A stretch of 32,000 bases of DNA, taken from positions 390,001-422,000 of the forward strand of contig CP113000.1 in assembly GCA_026625185.1 (NCBI GenBank). Direction: 5' to 3'. Source of the DNA: Thermodesulfobacteriota bacterium. Lineage in GTDB: Bacteria; Desulfobacterota; WTBG01; JAGOGO01. The notes beneath the pieces were generated by a model, which saw only the letters and a list, made by a program, of their open reading frames with translations, was not told where the DNA came from and made no database searches. Of the stretch, positions 1-9,400 are shown piece by piece (position 1 is the first letter of the stretch; the number at the start of each line of letters is the position of its first letter). Position numbers and translations under genes: made by a program.

Positions 1-130
1 AGCCGGTGGGAAGGTCTTGACTCCATGCCCCCGGCATAGCATAGAGATGAAAGTCGGTGATTGCGTGTCCTTTATTGGGCAAACAAATAATTAGAATGAA
101 ACATAATAAAAAGGTTAAAATCAGACCCAA
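1..130 (-). CDS. 5' end of an ORF running off the left edge, with a hydrophobic N-terminus (possible exported or membrane protein)
   Basis: Own minus-strand translation: TTG at 130-128, then GLILTFLLCFILIICLPNKGHAITDFHLYAMPGAWSQDLPTG, open to position 1. It is shorter than the ORF-track cutoff and has no clear RBS. Confidence 0.2.
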   Translation of the reverse strand, partial: MGLILTFLLCFILIICLPNKGHAITDFHLYAMPGAWSQDLPTG

Positions 131-342
131 GGGAAAACCGGTATTCTTTATACTTCCGGCAAATAAAAACCCCGCTCAATCTAAAAGAAGGAGCAGGGCA
201 ATATTTCTAATCTATAATAAATAAGCAGCTACTGATTTGATTTTGAATTGGAGTGCATAACGCTTATTGTTTTGTTAAAAACTGTTAACTAAATAGAGCC
301 AGGAGTGAAATTAAATTTCTCCTTTAACCTATAGGCCTAATA

Positions 343-400
343 GGATTCCCTCTCGGGTTGGTTTTTTCATTGGGTGAAATTTTCAAGAAGTATTTCTTTC
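343..400 (+). repeat. Copy 1 of a ~58-bp dispersed repeat (partner at 12544-12601, same orientation)
   Basis: Hand alignment: ggattccctctcg...ttttttcattgggtgaaattttcaagaagtatttcttt versus ggagtccctctcg...tttttcattgggcgaacttttcaaaaagtaattcttc. About 45 of 57 positions match, and a 31-bp core has 4 mismatches. Confidence 0.6.
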
Positions 401-422
401 TTTGCTACCATTTTGCTACCAT
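401..422. repeat. Perfect 11-bp tandem duplication (tttgctaccat x2)
   Basis: Read directly from the sequence, in non-coding DNA just after repeat copy 1. Confidence 0.7.
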
Positions 423-761
423 AACAACCCAAAACAGGATAAAACAAGGGACAACAAGAGAAAGTTAACTAATCAATTTCTTTCTTATTGTTTTTTCCTG
501 TTATCCCTTTTTGGGTGTATGCAAACACCTGAAAATCCGTTTGTCGACAGTCCGATTCTTTCCCTAAGCATTAATTGTTTCAATGGGTTATCTGAATTGA
601 ATTAAGTTTTTTTTTGTTTCTCGATTAATTTTGTCGCTAAATTTTCCCACTTTTTTGGTTAAACAACCTGAAGAGTGGGTAGTGAAGTACTTATCCCACT
701 ACCTTAACAAAGCATTCTCTCTTCACCGGCTGCACTCAAGCGTGAAAGGAGGGTCAGGAAA

Positions 762-914
762 ATGGCTTCCTTGAACATCCGATTAAGTGTGGCAGAAAAA
801 GAAAAGCTAATGCGCATGGTCCAGGAGGGCAACACGATTTTAAGCAACCTAATAAGAAAGTCCTTGTCATTGACACCACCGACGGTTTTAGAAAAAAGGA
901 AGCCTTTTATATAG
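762..914 (+). CDS. Small ribbon-helix-helix protein, MobC-like (50 aa), orphan with no relaxase nearby
   Basis: Own translation: MASLNIRLSVAEKEKLMRMVQEGNTILSNLIRKSLSLTPPTVLEKRKPFI. AGGAGG lies about 8 nt upstream of the ATG. The pattern (beta strand IRLS, then xEKxxL, then a helix ending LIRK) matches RHH/MobC mobilisation accessory proteins. The track ORF 704-1045(-) is its antisense shadow. Confidence 0.55.
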   Translation: MASLNIRLSVAEKEKLMRMVQEGNTILSNLIRKSLSLTPPTVLEKRKPFI

Positions 915-1294
915 ATTTTTATATAATTTTTTGTAAGAAAAAACCAAAAAATAGTATGCCCTTTAAAAAATTCACTTTTAAGCCCCAGCCCGCGGTATTT
1001 TTTAGCATCTCTCCCCTTTTTTAGGTTGCTATCATCAAAAGCCAAAACCTCATAAATTTAACTTAATAGGTCGGTGTGGTTTCTTGTCTGAATTTTAGTT
1101 GAGTTTTAGCCTGTTATGGTTTAATCTTTCGTAAATTAGACTGAAGTATCAGTTGTTGAAAAGCAAAAAGAAATAACCGGAGGTAAACGGAAGCACAATT
1201 CATGTGAATAAAGAAGGCCAGCTTGTCAATTAAAAGGAGATGTGCCTTTTTTGTTTTGGTTCCCTAAATCTCCATACATAGGGGTAAAATTGTT

Positions 1295-4200
1295 ATGCAT
1301 CAAAATCCTTCTGCCCCCACGGAGCTCACCCATCTCAAAAGTCTCTCCGGCCTATCTGCTCAGGTGAACGCCAACGGTTCCATCCGGCGCATAGATTACG
1401 GCGATATCACCCTCAATTTGTTCCTTGGAAATGAGATTGAAGGCGGACCTGCCAATCTCTACTTGCGCAAGCATGGGGGGGTATTTGAGGCAATTCCCTT
1501 GCTTGGCCCCCGAAGCCCGGCCATTGTGCGGTGCGATGAGCGGCGCCTGACAATCAGCGGCCAGTGGCAGTTTATCCGTTTCGCGGTGTCGCTGATCCTT
1601 GCTGAAACAATACCTGCCTGGTTCTGGCTGGTGGAGATTGAGAATGCGGGAAATGCCGTCCAAATCCTGGACCTTATCTACTGCCAAGACCTGGCCCTCG
1701 CCCATTATGGAGCGGTGCGGCTAAACGAGTATTACGTGAGCCAGTATGTAGATCATACGCCCTTGTCTCACCCCAAACGGGGCTGGGTGCTGGCCTCTCG
1801 GCAGAATCAGTCCATGGGAGGCCGCAATCCTTGGTGCATAATCGGCGCCTTGGAAAAAGGCGTTAGCTTTGCAACCGATGCACTGCAAGTCCATGGCCTC
1901 GACACTCGGGCCGGTGGGCTGCCATCCGGAGTAATTCAAGGGCTGCCGGGAAAACGACGGCAACACGAACATTCCATGGCCGCGATTCAGGATGCCCCGT
2001 TTCAACTGAAACCGGAAGAGCGGACCTGTCGCGGTTTTTTCGGGTGTTTCGAGCCGGATCATCCGGCCGCAACTTCGACCAGCGATCTGGTCTTTGTTGA
2101 TCAGGCCCTGTCCTTGCCTGAGGCAGCCCCCAGCCAGGCAACCAAAGCGTGTACTGACTTAACACCCGCCGCCAGCCTGTTTTCTACCGCTCCGTTCCTT
2201 ACCACTTTGGATCTAACCGAAACTGAACTTGTAGCTCTTTTTGGTGAAGATCTACGCGAGTTTGAGCGTGAGGAAAACCAAATCCTATCCTTTTTTGTCC
2301 AGGACCGCAGTCATGTGGTGCTTAAGGCCAAGGAACGGAAGGTTCTGCGGCCACATGGCCATATCTTGCGCACTGGGAGTGTGTTAACGCCGGAAGAGGC
2401 ATCACTCACCTCCACCGCCTGGATGGCGGGTGTGTTTCACTCCATGGTGACCCAGGGCCACGTGAGCATCAACCGGCTTCTGTCAACAACCCACAGCTAC
2501 TTGGGTCTGTTCAGGTCACATGGCCAACGGGTATTCGTCGAACTGGATAACGGCTGGCAATTGCTCGATGTGCCTTCTGCCTTTGAAATTACACCCGAGG
2601 CATGCCGTTGGTTTTATCGGTATGCAGGCGGGCTAATCAGGATTGAAAGCCGGGCCTTTACCGACCGCCACGAGCTTTCCTTTTCTGCAGAAGTAATGTT
2701 AGGCTCGGCCGTAAGATTTCTTATCTCCCACCATGTAGCTATCAATGGCGATGATGGCTCCAATGCTATACCCGTGCGTTATGTACAAGATGGACCAAGC
2801 GTTTTCGTCCGGCCGATTCCTGATTGCGACGTAGGTTGGCGCTTTCCCGAAGGCGGTTTCCGAATTGACCCGTTACCGGGCACGATCATTGAGCGGACGA
2901 GTGGGGATGAAGTGCTGTTTAACGACGGCAATTCACGCAATCAGCCGTTTCTTTGCCTGGTCACAGCACCGGCAAAATCCATTGGGCTTCGCATAACCGG
3001 TTGTCTGGTTTCGGCCGTTGAAATCGGGTCCAAATCAGCGGATGAATTTTGGAATGAGGTAACCGCAGGCTTAAACGTACATCCCCCCAGCGCAAGCTCT
3101 GCGGCAGGTAATACGGCTCGGCTTGGCGAAATTTTGCCTTGGTTTGCCCAAAACGCCCTCATCCATTATTTGGCCCCACGAGGGCTGGAGCAATATTCCG
3201 GCGGCGGGTGGGGAACTCGGGATGTCACCCAAGGGCCCGTAGAACTGCTTCTATCTCTGGGCCTTTTTGCCCCTCTGCGCGATCTTTTGCTTCGCGTTTT
3301 TAAAACTCAGAACCCCGATGGCGATTGGCCCCAGTGGTTCATGTTCTTTGAAAGGGAGCGGAACATCCGACCCGGGGATTCCCATGGGGACATCGTTTTC
3401 TGGCCGGTCTTGGCCTTGGCCCAATACCTGACGGCTTCTAATGATAAGTCCATCCTCGATGAGGTAATGCCCTTCTTTCATGCTGACGGCGACAAACAGG
3501 CGGATCAGGGGACGATCTGGCGACACATTGAAAAGGCCATGGCCCTCATCGACAAGCGGCGGATCCCCGGTACGTGCCTTGAAGCCTACGGCCAGGGGGA
3601 CTGGAATGACTCGCTTCAACCGGCAGACCCTGCCATGCGCGAACGATTATGCAGTGCCTGGACTGTGACCCTCCATTACCAGACCCTCACCACCCTTGGC
3701 AACGCTTTAGCCCACTTGGGCTCGATGGCGCAGTCGGCAGAATTCCTGAGGCAAGCGGACGAAATTAAGAAGGATTTTCAACGTATCCTTATGGTTGATA
3801 ACATTCTGACTGGGTTTGCATATTTCAACGATGACGGCAGCATCGATTATCTGCTTCACCCGAGAGATTCTGCTACAGGTATCCGTTACAGCATTTTGGC
3901 CATGGTGCATGCTATCATTAATGGTCTTTTCACCCCGAAGCAGGCTGAGTACCATATCGAGGTTATCAAGCGTCATCTGACAGGTCCCGATGGTGCCCGG
4001 TTGTTCGACCGACCCATGGTTTATAACGGGGGTCTCCAGAAATATTTCCAGCGGGCGGAAAGCAGCACCTTCTTCGGTCGGGAAATCGGCCTCATGTACA
4101 CCCATGCCCATCTGCGTTATGCAGAAGCGCTTTGGTTTTACGGAGATGCCGATGCCTTCTTCAGCGCCCTGTGCAAGGCCAATCCCATCGGCATCCGTGA

Positions 4201-4675
4201 CCTCGTTCCTATGGCCACCCTACGCCAAGCCAACTGTTACTATTCAAGCTCAGACGCCGCGTTCCATGACCGTTACGAGGCTTATTCGCAATACGACCGG
4301 GTGATGCGGGGCGATATCCCCTTGGACGGCGGTTGGCGAATCTATTCAAGCGGCGCGGGCCTCTGTATTGGCCTGATCCTGCGGTGTTTACTCGGATTGC
4401 GTCAGGGAAAATCGATATTAACAGTTGACCCAGTAATGCCGAAAAGTCTGAATGGATTGCGAGTGGAATTGAAGCTGTTCGGTCATTCATTCGAAATCAC
4501 TTATCGGATCGGGGACTCAGGTTTCGGCCCAGCCGCTATAGTTCTGAACGGCGTCACTCTACCCTTTTCCCGGGGTGAAAATCCCTACCGCCTTGGCGCC
4601 GCAAAAGTGCCGATGTCAACGATCCGCGAACGACTTATTGACGGTGTGAATCATTTGACCCTACTGATCGGATAG
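1295..4675 (+). CDS. GH94-like glycan phosphorylase/synthase (cellobiose- or 1,2-beta-oligoglucan-phosphorylase-like), cytoplasmic
   Basis: 1126-aa ORF. Motifs recognised from GH94/NdvB-type catalytic domains: GGGWGTRDVTQGP, NPDGDWPQWF, EAYGQGDWNDSL. The C-terminal half looks like an (alpha/alpha)6 barrel. No signal peptide. Substrate not assignable. Confidence 0.75.
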   Translation: MHQNPSAPTELTHLKSLSGLSAQVNANGSIRRIDYGDITLNLFLGNEIEGGPANLYLRKHGGVFEAIPLLGPRSPAIVRCDERRLTISGQWQFIRFAVSLILAETIPAWFWLVEIENAGNAVQILDLIYCQDLALAHYGAVRLNEYYVSQYVDHTPLSHPKRGWVLASRQNQSMGGRNPWCIIGALEKGVSFATDALQVHGLDTRAGGLPSGVIQGLPGKRRQHEHSMAAIQDAPFQLKPEERTCRGFFGCFEPDHPAATSTSDLVFVDQALSLPEAAPSQATKACTDLTPAASLFSTAPFLTTLDLTETELVALFGEDLREFEREENQILSFFVQDRSHVVLKAKERKVLRPHGHILRTGSVLTPEEASLTSTAWMAGVFHSMVTQGHVSINRLLSTTHSYLGLFRSHGQRVFVELDNGWQLLDVPSAFEITPEACRWFYRYAGGLIRIESRAFTDRHELSFSAEVMLGSAVRFLISHHVAINGDDGSNAIPVRYVQDGPSVFVRPIPDCDVGWRFPEGGFRIDPLPGTIIERTSGDEVLFNDGNSRNQPFLCLVTAPAKSIGLRITGCLVSAVEIGSKSADEFWNEVTAGLNVHPPSASSAAGNTARLGEILPWFAQNALIHYLAPRGLEQYSGGGWGTRDVTQGPVELLLSLGLFAPLRDLLLRVFKTQNPDGDWPQWFMFFERERNIRPGDSHGDIVFWPVLALAQYLTASNDKSILDEVMPFFHADGDKQADQGTIWRHIEKAMALIDKRRIPGTCLEAYGQGDWNDSLQPADPAMRERLCSAWTVTLHYQTLTTLGNALAHLGSMAQSAEFLRQADEIKKDFQRILMVDNILTGFAYFNDDGSIDYLLHPRDSATGIRYSILAMVHAIINGLFTPKQAEYHIEVIKRHLTGPDGARLFDRPMVYNGGLQKYFQRAESSTFFGREIGLMYTHAHLRYAEALWFYGDADAFFSALCKANPIGIRDLVPMATLRQANCYYSSSDAAFHDRYEAYSQYDRVMRGDIPLDGGWRIYSSGAGLCIGLILRCLLGLRQGKSILTVDPVMPKSLNGLRVELKLFGHSFEITYRIGDSGFGPAAIVLNGVTLPFSRGENPYRLGAAKVPMSTIRERLIDGVNHLTLLIG

Positions 4676-4723
4676 TATCCGTCAATAAAAATTTTATTTA
4701 TCGATGGGAAACAACGTATTAAT

Positions 4724-6451
4724 TTGGCTGAAAGAACTACAACTATGAAACATCAAAAGCTTCTTATCCACAAGGTAACTGGGGCTATCTTTGTCCGGGC
4801 AGTCAAGAGATTCATAACTTCCGAGTTCGGATGGAAGGCCAAATTAATGTTTGCCGGGCTTATCATTCTGCTGTTTTGTATTAACGGCCTGAACGTCGTC
4901 AACAACTACGTTGGCCGGGATTTCATGACCGCAATTGCTGAACGTAACCGGGCGGCATTCATCCGGCAAGCCTTTTTTTATATAGGCGTTTTTGGGGCTT
5001 CCACGCTAGTCGCGGTCATCTCCCGATTCATTGAAGAACGCCTGGGACTTCTTTGGCGGGAATATATCACCCGACGGACCATTTCACATTATCTAACCCA
5101 GGGTACTTACTACCGGTTGGAATCAAAGTGGGAGTTAGCTAACCCTGACCAGCGGATTGCCGATGATGTCCGAACATTTACGGTCACCGCCCTGTCTTTT
5201 GTACTTATGCTGTTTAACAGCACTTTTACCATGGTGGCCTTTTCAGGCGTGCTTTGGTCTATCAGCCCTTTGCTGTTCGGCGTTGCAGTCGGTTATGCGG
5301 CATTCGGCTCATACCTCACCATTGTCTTTGGACGGCCGCTGATCAAACTGAACTACGATCAACTCGACAAGGAGGCCAATTTTCGTTCTGGCCTGATCCA
5401 TGTGCGGGAGAACGCCGAATCAGTGTTCCTGGCGCGACGCGAGGGACGACTTATCAGACTGTTGGTGCGCCGGCTTGAGGAGTTGCTGATCAATATGCGC
5501 CGGATCATATCGGTGAACCGCAACCTGGGGTTCTTTACCACCGGCTATAACTGGATGATTCAAATCATCCCGGCCTTGATTGTGGCCCCTTCCTACATCA
5601 ATGGAAAAATCGAATTCGGGGTGATCACCCAGTCGGCCGCCGCCTTTATGATGCTCGTCGGCGCATTTTCATTGATCGTCACCCAGTTTCAATCGATCTC
5701 CAACTTTGCCGCTGTGGTAACCCGACTAAGTGCCATGGTGGATGCTATGGAGAAACAACCTTCATCAGGAGAAGCCGGAATCGAAATAAGCGAAGAAAAT
5801 AACCGGGTGGTCTATGAAAATCTGACCCTGGTGTCGCCGCAAGACGGCCAGGATCTACTCAAAGCACTTTCCCTAACCATTCCGTCCGGAACCCGGGTGT
5901 TGATCTCGGGCACAAACGAGGACGGAAAAATCGCTCTGTTCAAAGCAACCGCAGGTATTGCCGCTACCGGAAAAGGCCGGATTATCCGTCCATCCGATGA
6001 GCAAATGTGTTTTTTGGCCGAGCGTCCTTACCTCCCGCCTGGCACCCTACGAGAGGCGCTTGTTCCCACCAGGTTGAGCAGTAAAATTTCAAACGACCAA
6101 CTTTATAGTTTGCTCAGGGAGTTGAATCTCGAAACCGTCTTGGAACGAGCGAATGGACTTGATGTCGACCAAGACTGGGACACCCTTCTCACTTTAGGCG
6201 AACAGAAGCTCCTCGCTTTTATTCATATTTTCCTGGCCGCTCCTCGTTTCATCGTTTTTGATCATCCCAGCTCCTCTTTAAGACCTGATCATGTTCGAAT
6301 GATCTTTGAGTTACTAAATAGACATTCCATCACGTACCTTACGGTTGAAAATTCCGAGGATACAATCGAATTCTACGATGCGCTTTTGGAAATCAACGAG
6401 AAGGGTAAATGGGCCTGGAGGCCTTTTAGTGCCGGGATTACAGCCGCATGA
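4724..6451 (+). CDS. ABCD/SbmA-BacA-family half transporter (ABC_membrane_2-type TMD) with a degenerate nucleotide-binding domain
   Basis: 575-aa ORF (TTG 4724; alternative ATG 4745). The TMD has the family motif EANFRSGLIHVRENAESVFL. The NBD-like C-terminus has diverged motifs: Walker A SGTNEDGKIA, Q-loop FLAERPY, signature LTLGEQK, Walker B FIVFDHPSS, H-switch TVENS. Its stop overlaps the next start (ATGA at 6448). Confidence 0.85.
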   Translation: MAERTTTMKHQKLLIHKVTGAIFVRAVKRFITSEFGWKAKLMFAGLIILLFCINGLNVVNNYVGRDFMTAIAERNRAAFIRQAFFYIGVFGASTLVAVISRFIEERLGLLWREYITRRTISHYLTQGTYYRLESKWELANPDQRIADDVRTFTVTALSFVLMLFNSTFTMVAFSGVLWSISPLLFGVAVGYAAFGSYLTIVFGRPLIKLNYDQLDKEANFRSGLIHVRENAESVFLARREGRLIRLLVRRLEELLINMRRIISVNRNLGFFTTGYNWMIQIIPALIVAPSYINGKIEFGVITQSAAAFMMLVGAFSLIVTQFQSISNFAAVVTRLSAMVDAMEKQPSSGEAGIEISEENNRVVYENLTLVSPQDGQDLLKALSLTIPSGTRVLISGTNEDGKIALFKATAGIAATGKGRIIRPSDEQMCFLAERPYLPPGTLREALVPTRLSSKISNDQLYSLLRELNLETVLERANGLDVDQDWDTLLTLGEQKLLAFIHIFLAAPRFIVFDHPSSSLRPDHVRMIFELLNRHSITYLTVENSEDTIEFYDALLEINEKGKWAWRPFSAGITAA

Positions 6452-9400
6452 AAAGTGAATTATTGGATAATTTTGTAGATTTGTCCGACTGGCAGGCCAT
6501 CGCCTCGGGACAGGCTCAAATTCACATCACTCCTGATCAGGGCCCTCATGGCAAGGCCATGCGGGTTGATTTCGATTTTAAGGGTGGTGGGGGGTTTGTG
6601 GTGGCCCGTAAAGCATTTTCCATGACCCTTCCGGAAAGTTACGCTTTTTCGTTTGGGATCAGGGGAGCGGCTCCCAGCAACATTTTTGAGTTCAAGCTGA
6701 TGGATGAGTCAGACAAGAATGTCTGGCGTTACCGAGAGGAGGCATTGAAATTTTCTGAAAACTGGCAGACTTTGAGAATCAAGAGCAGCCAGATCGCGTT
6801 TGCCTGGGGCCCACTGGGCGGCGGCCCTGCCCGGGAGGTCGTTGCGATCGAATACGTGATTGCCTCAGGCCCCGGTGGTAAAGGTACGGTTTGGATTGAC
6901 GACTTACGCTTCGAAGATCAAACCTATTGCCTTACCCCCAAGGTTCAGGCAAGCTCGGCTCAGCCCGGTTTCGAGCCACAGAATGTCATCGACCCTTCCG
7001 GATCGACCAGTTGGCGAAGCATAGCCTCGGATGGTCCCCAGCAAATTCTTATTGACTTTCAAACTGAACGGGAATACGGCGGTCTGGTTGTTCATTGGGA
7101 AAAGGATTTGCGGCCGCAATATTTTGATATCCAACTCTCAACAAATGCCAAGAATTGGAGCACCGTCTGGACTACTCAAAACGGCGTCGGTGAACGTACT
7201 TATGTCTACCTCCCTAATGCGGTCTCTCGTTTTATCCGGCTCAACCTGCGTCAGAATTTGAAAGGCCGTGGGGTCGGTATCATCGGCATCCAGGTCAAAC
7301 CCTATGATTTTTCCCGTTCCATCAATGCATTTTTTGGGGAGATCGCAAAGGAATCACCCAAGGGATTTTACCCGAAATATCTGTTTGCCCAACAGACTTA
7401 CTGGACCCTGGTCGGCACTGGTGAGGATATCACCCAGGCACTGTTCAACGAAGAAGGTATGGTGGAAGTCGACAAGGGGGCCTTTTCCATCGAACCTTTC
7501 CTTTATGTTGATGATCGCCTGATCACCTGGGCGGACGTCTCTCTTAAACAGGATTTGAAGGACGGATACCTGCCGATCCCATCCTCGGTATGGCAGACCG
7601 ATGAGTTGAGTTTGATAACCACGACCTTTGCTACTGTCAATTCCGATAAGTCAGTGCTTTACATTCGCTATCGACTCAGAAATACCTCGGCAAAATCAAG
7701 GCGAATGCGCTTTTTTGTCGGAATTCGGCCTTTCCAGGTAACACCCACATGGCAAAATTGGCATGCTTTCGGCGGTGTTAGCAAGATAATGGATTTAGAG
7801 CAACGAGCAGGCGAAATCTGGGTCAACAAATCCAAGCAAGTCATTCCATTGACAACCCCCAGCCAGTTCGGTGCGGTGACCTTCGTTCAGGGGCCCATAA
7901 CAGAATTTCTGAAAAACGGTGAACTCCCTGCGCAAACGGTTGTTAGCGATGACTTCGGTTACGCCTCCGGCGCACTTCGTTACGACCTGGATCTGACCAC
8001 AGACGCCGTAAAAGATATATTTCTTGCGATTCCCTTCGGAACTGTTGATATGGCGACCGTCCAAACCGCTTCTTCTGCAGGGGGGTCTATTGCTGCAGAG
8101 CAGTTCGACATTGCAGTACGAAAGTGGGAAGACAAGCTAAGTGCTTTCGAAATTCATCTCCCGGCCGAGTTCCAGGAAGTTGTTCATACCCTTAAAACCG
8201 CGGCCGCCCATATCCTGATCAATCGTGATGGTCCGGCCTTCCACCCCGGCCCGCGCCGCTATTCTCGTTCATGGATCAGGGACGGTGCCATGATGGGTGC
8301 GGCACTGCTTCGAATGGGCTTTACTTACGAAATGCGGGATTTCATCCGCTGGTATGCTGCCTATCAAACCGACGACGGAAACCTGCCGGACTGCGCAGAT
8401 CGCGAGGGTTGTGAGTGGTTACCGGAGTATGATTGCTGGGGCCAATTCATCTTCGCCATCATGGACTACTACCGGTTCAGCGGGGACAGGAAATTTTTGG
8501 TCGAGATGTGGCCCGCGGTGTTGAAGTCGGTGGGATTCATGGAAAACCTGCGCGGTCAACGTCTCACCCCGGCCTTTCAAACACCCGATAAAGTGGTCTA
8601 CTACGGGTTGTTGCCGGAGTCAATGAGCCACGAAGGCTACATGGCCCATCCGGTCCATGCCTTTTGGGATGATTTCTGGGCCCTGCGGGGACTCAAAGAT
8701 GCAATCACTATAGCCGAGGTCCTAGGCGATCAATTTCAGGCCCAACGCCTCTTGATCTTCACAGAATCATTCTGTAACACGCTGTTTAGATCATTAAACA
8801 AGACGATTCAGGATCACAACCTGGATTTCGTGCCCGGCTCGGTTGAGTTTGCGGATTTTGACCCTGCCGCCACCTCTGTGGCCATCTCCCTCCTTGACCA
8901 ACTGCATCATTTTCCCCAACCCGCAACCGACCAGACCTTCGACAAATACCTCATCGGCTTTCGTGATCGCGCCAGCGGCGGTATTTCTTGGAACAACTAC
9001 AGCGCTTACGAGATTCGCGTTATTGCTGCCCTCATTCGTCTCTGCAGAAGACAGGATGCTCATGAGTTGCTGGATTTCTTTTTGTCCGACCGTCGCATAC
9101 CTCCCTGGAATCAGTGGCCGGAAATCTCATGGTGTGACCCCAAAGGGCCCAGTTTCATCGGCGACATGCCCCATAGCTGGATCAGCGCGGAATATATCTT
9201 GGCAATTCGCAGTATGTTCGCTTACGAACGGGAAGAGGATCATGCCCTTGTAATTGGCGCAGGTATCCACGAAAAGTGGCTCACCGACACCAGAGGAGTA
9301 GTGGTCAAAAATCTCCCGACCCATTACGGCAAGCTTAATTATACCCTGCGTCGAGATGGGCCTTACACCCTGCGACTGATGCTTGGCGGCGATCTTACTT

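Noticed and set aside
402-605. Track ORF of 67 aa starting at a TTG inside the 11-bp tandem repeat.
   Set aside because: It has no RBS, odd composition and no motif. The region instead shows repeat and imperfect inverted-repeat structure (428-530) of unknown meaning.
704-1045. Track ORF of 113 aa on the minus strand.
   Set aside because: It has low-complexity, Phe/Lys-rich composition and no RBS. It is antisense to the RHH ORF (762-914), which has a strong RBS and a recognisable fold pattern.
4764-4772. A perfect DnaA-box 9-mer, TTATCCACA.
   Set aside because: It is a single box inside the ABC coding sequence, with no cluster or AT-rich unwinding element nearby. One chance occurrence of a 9-mer is unremarkable.
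1352-9324. Numerous 60-136 aa track ORFs nested in or antisense to the three large operon genes.
   Set aside because: All lie inside long ORFs that have clear family motifs. Their Arg/Pro/Gly-rich composition is typical of off-frame translation of GC-richer coding DNA.
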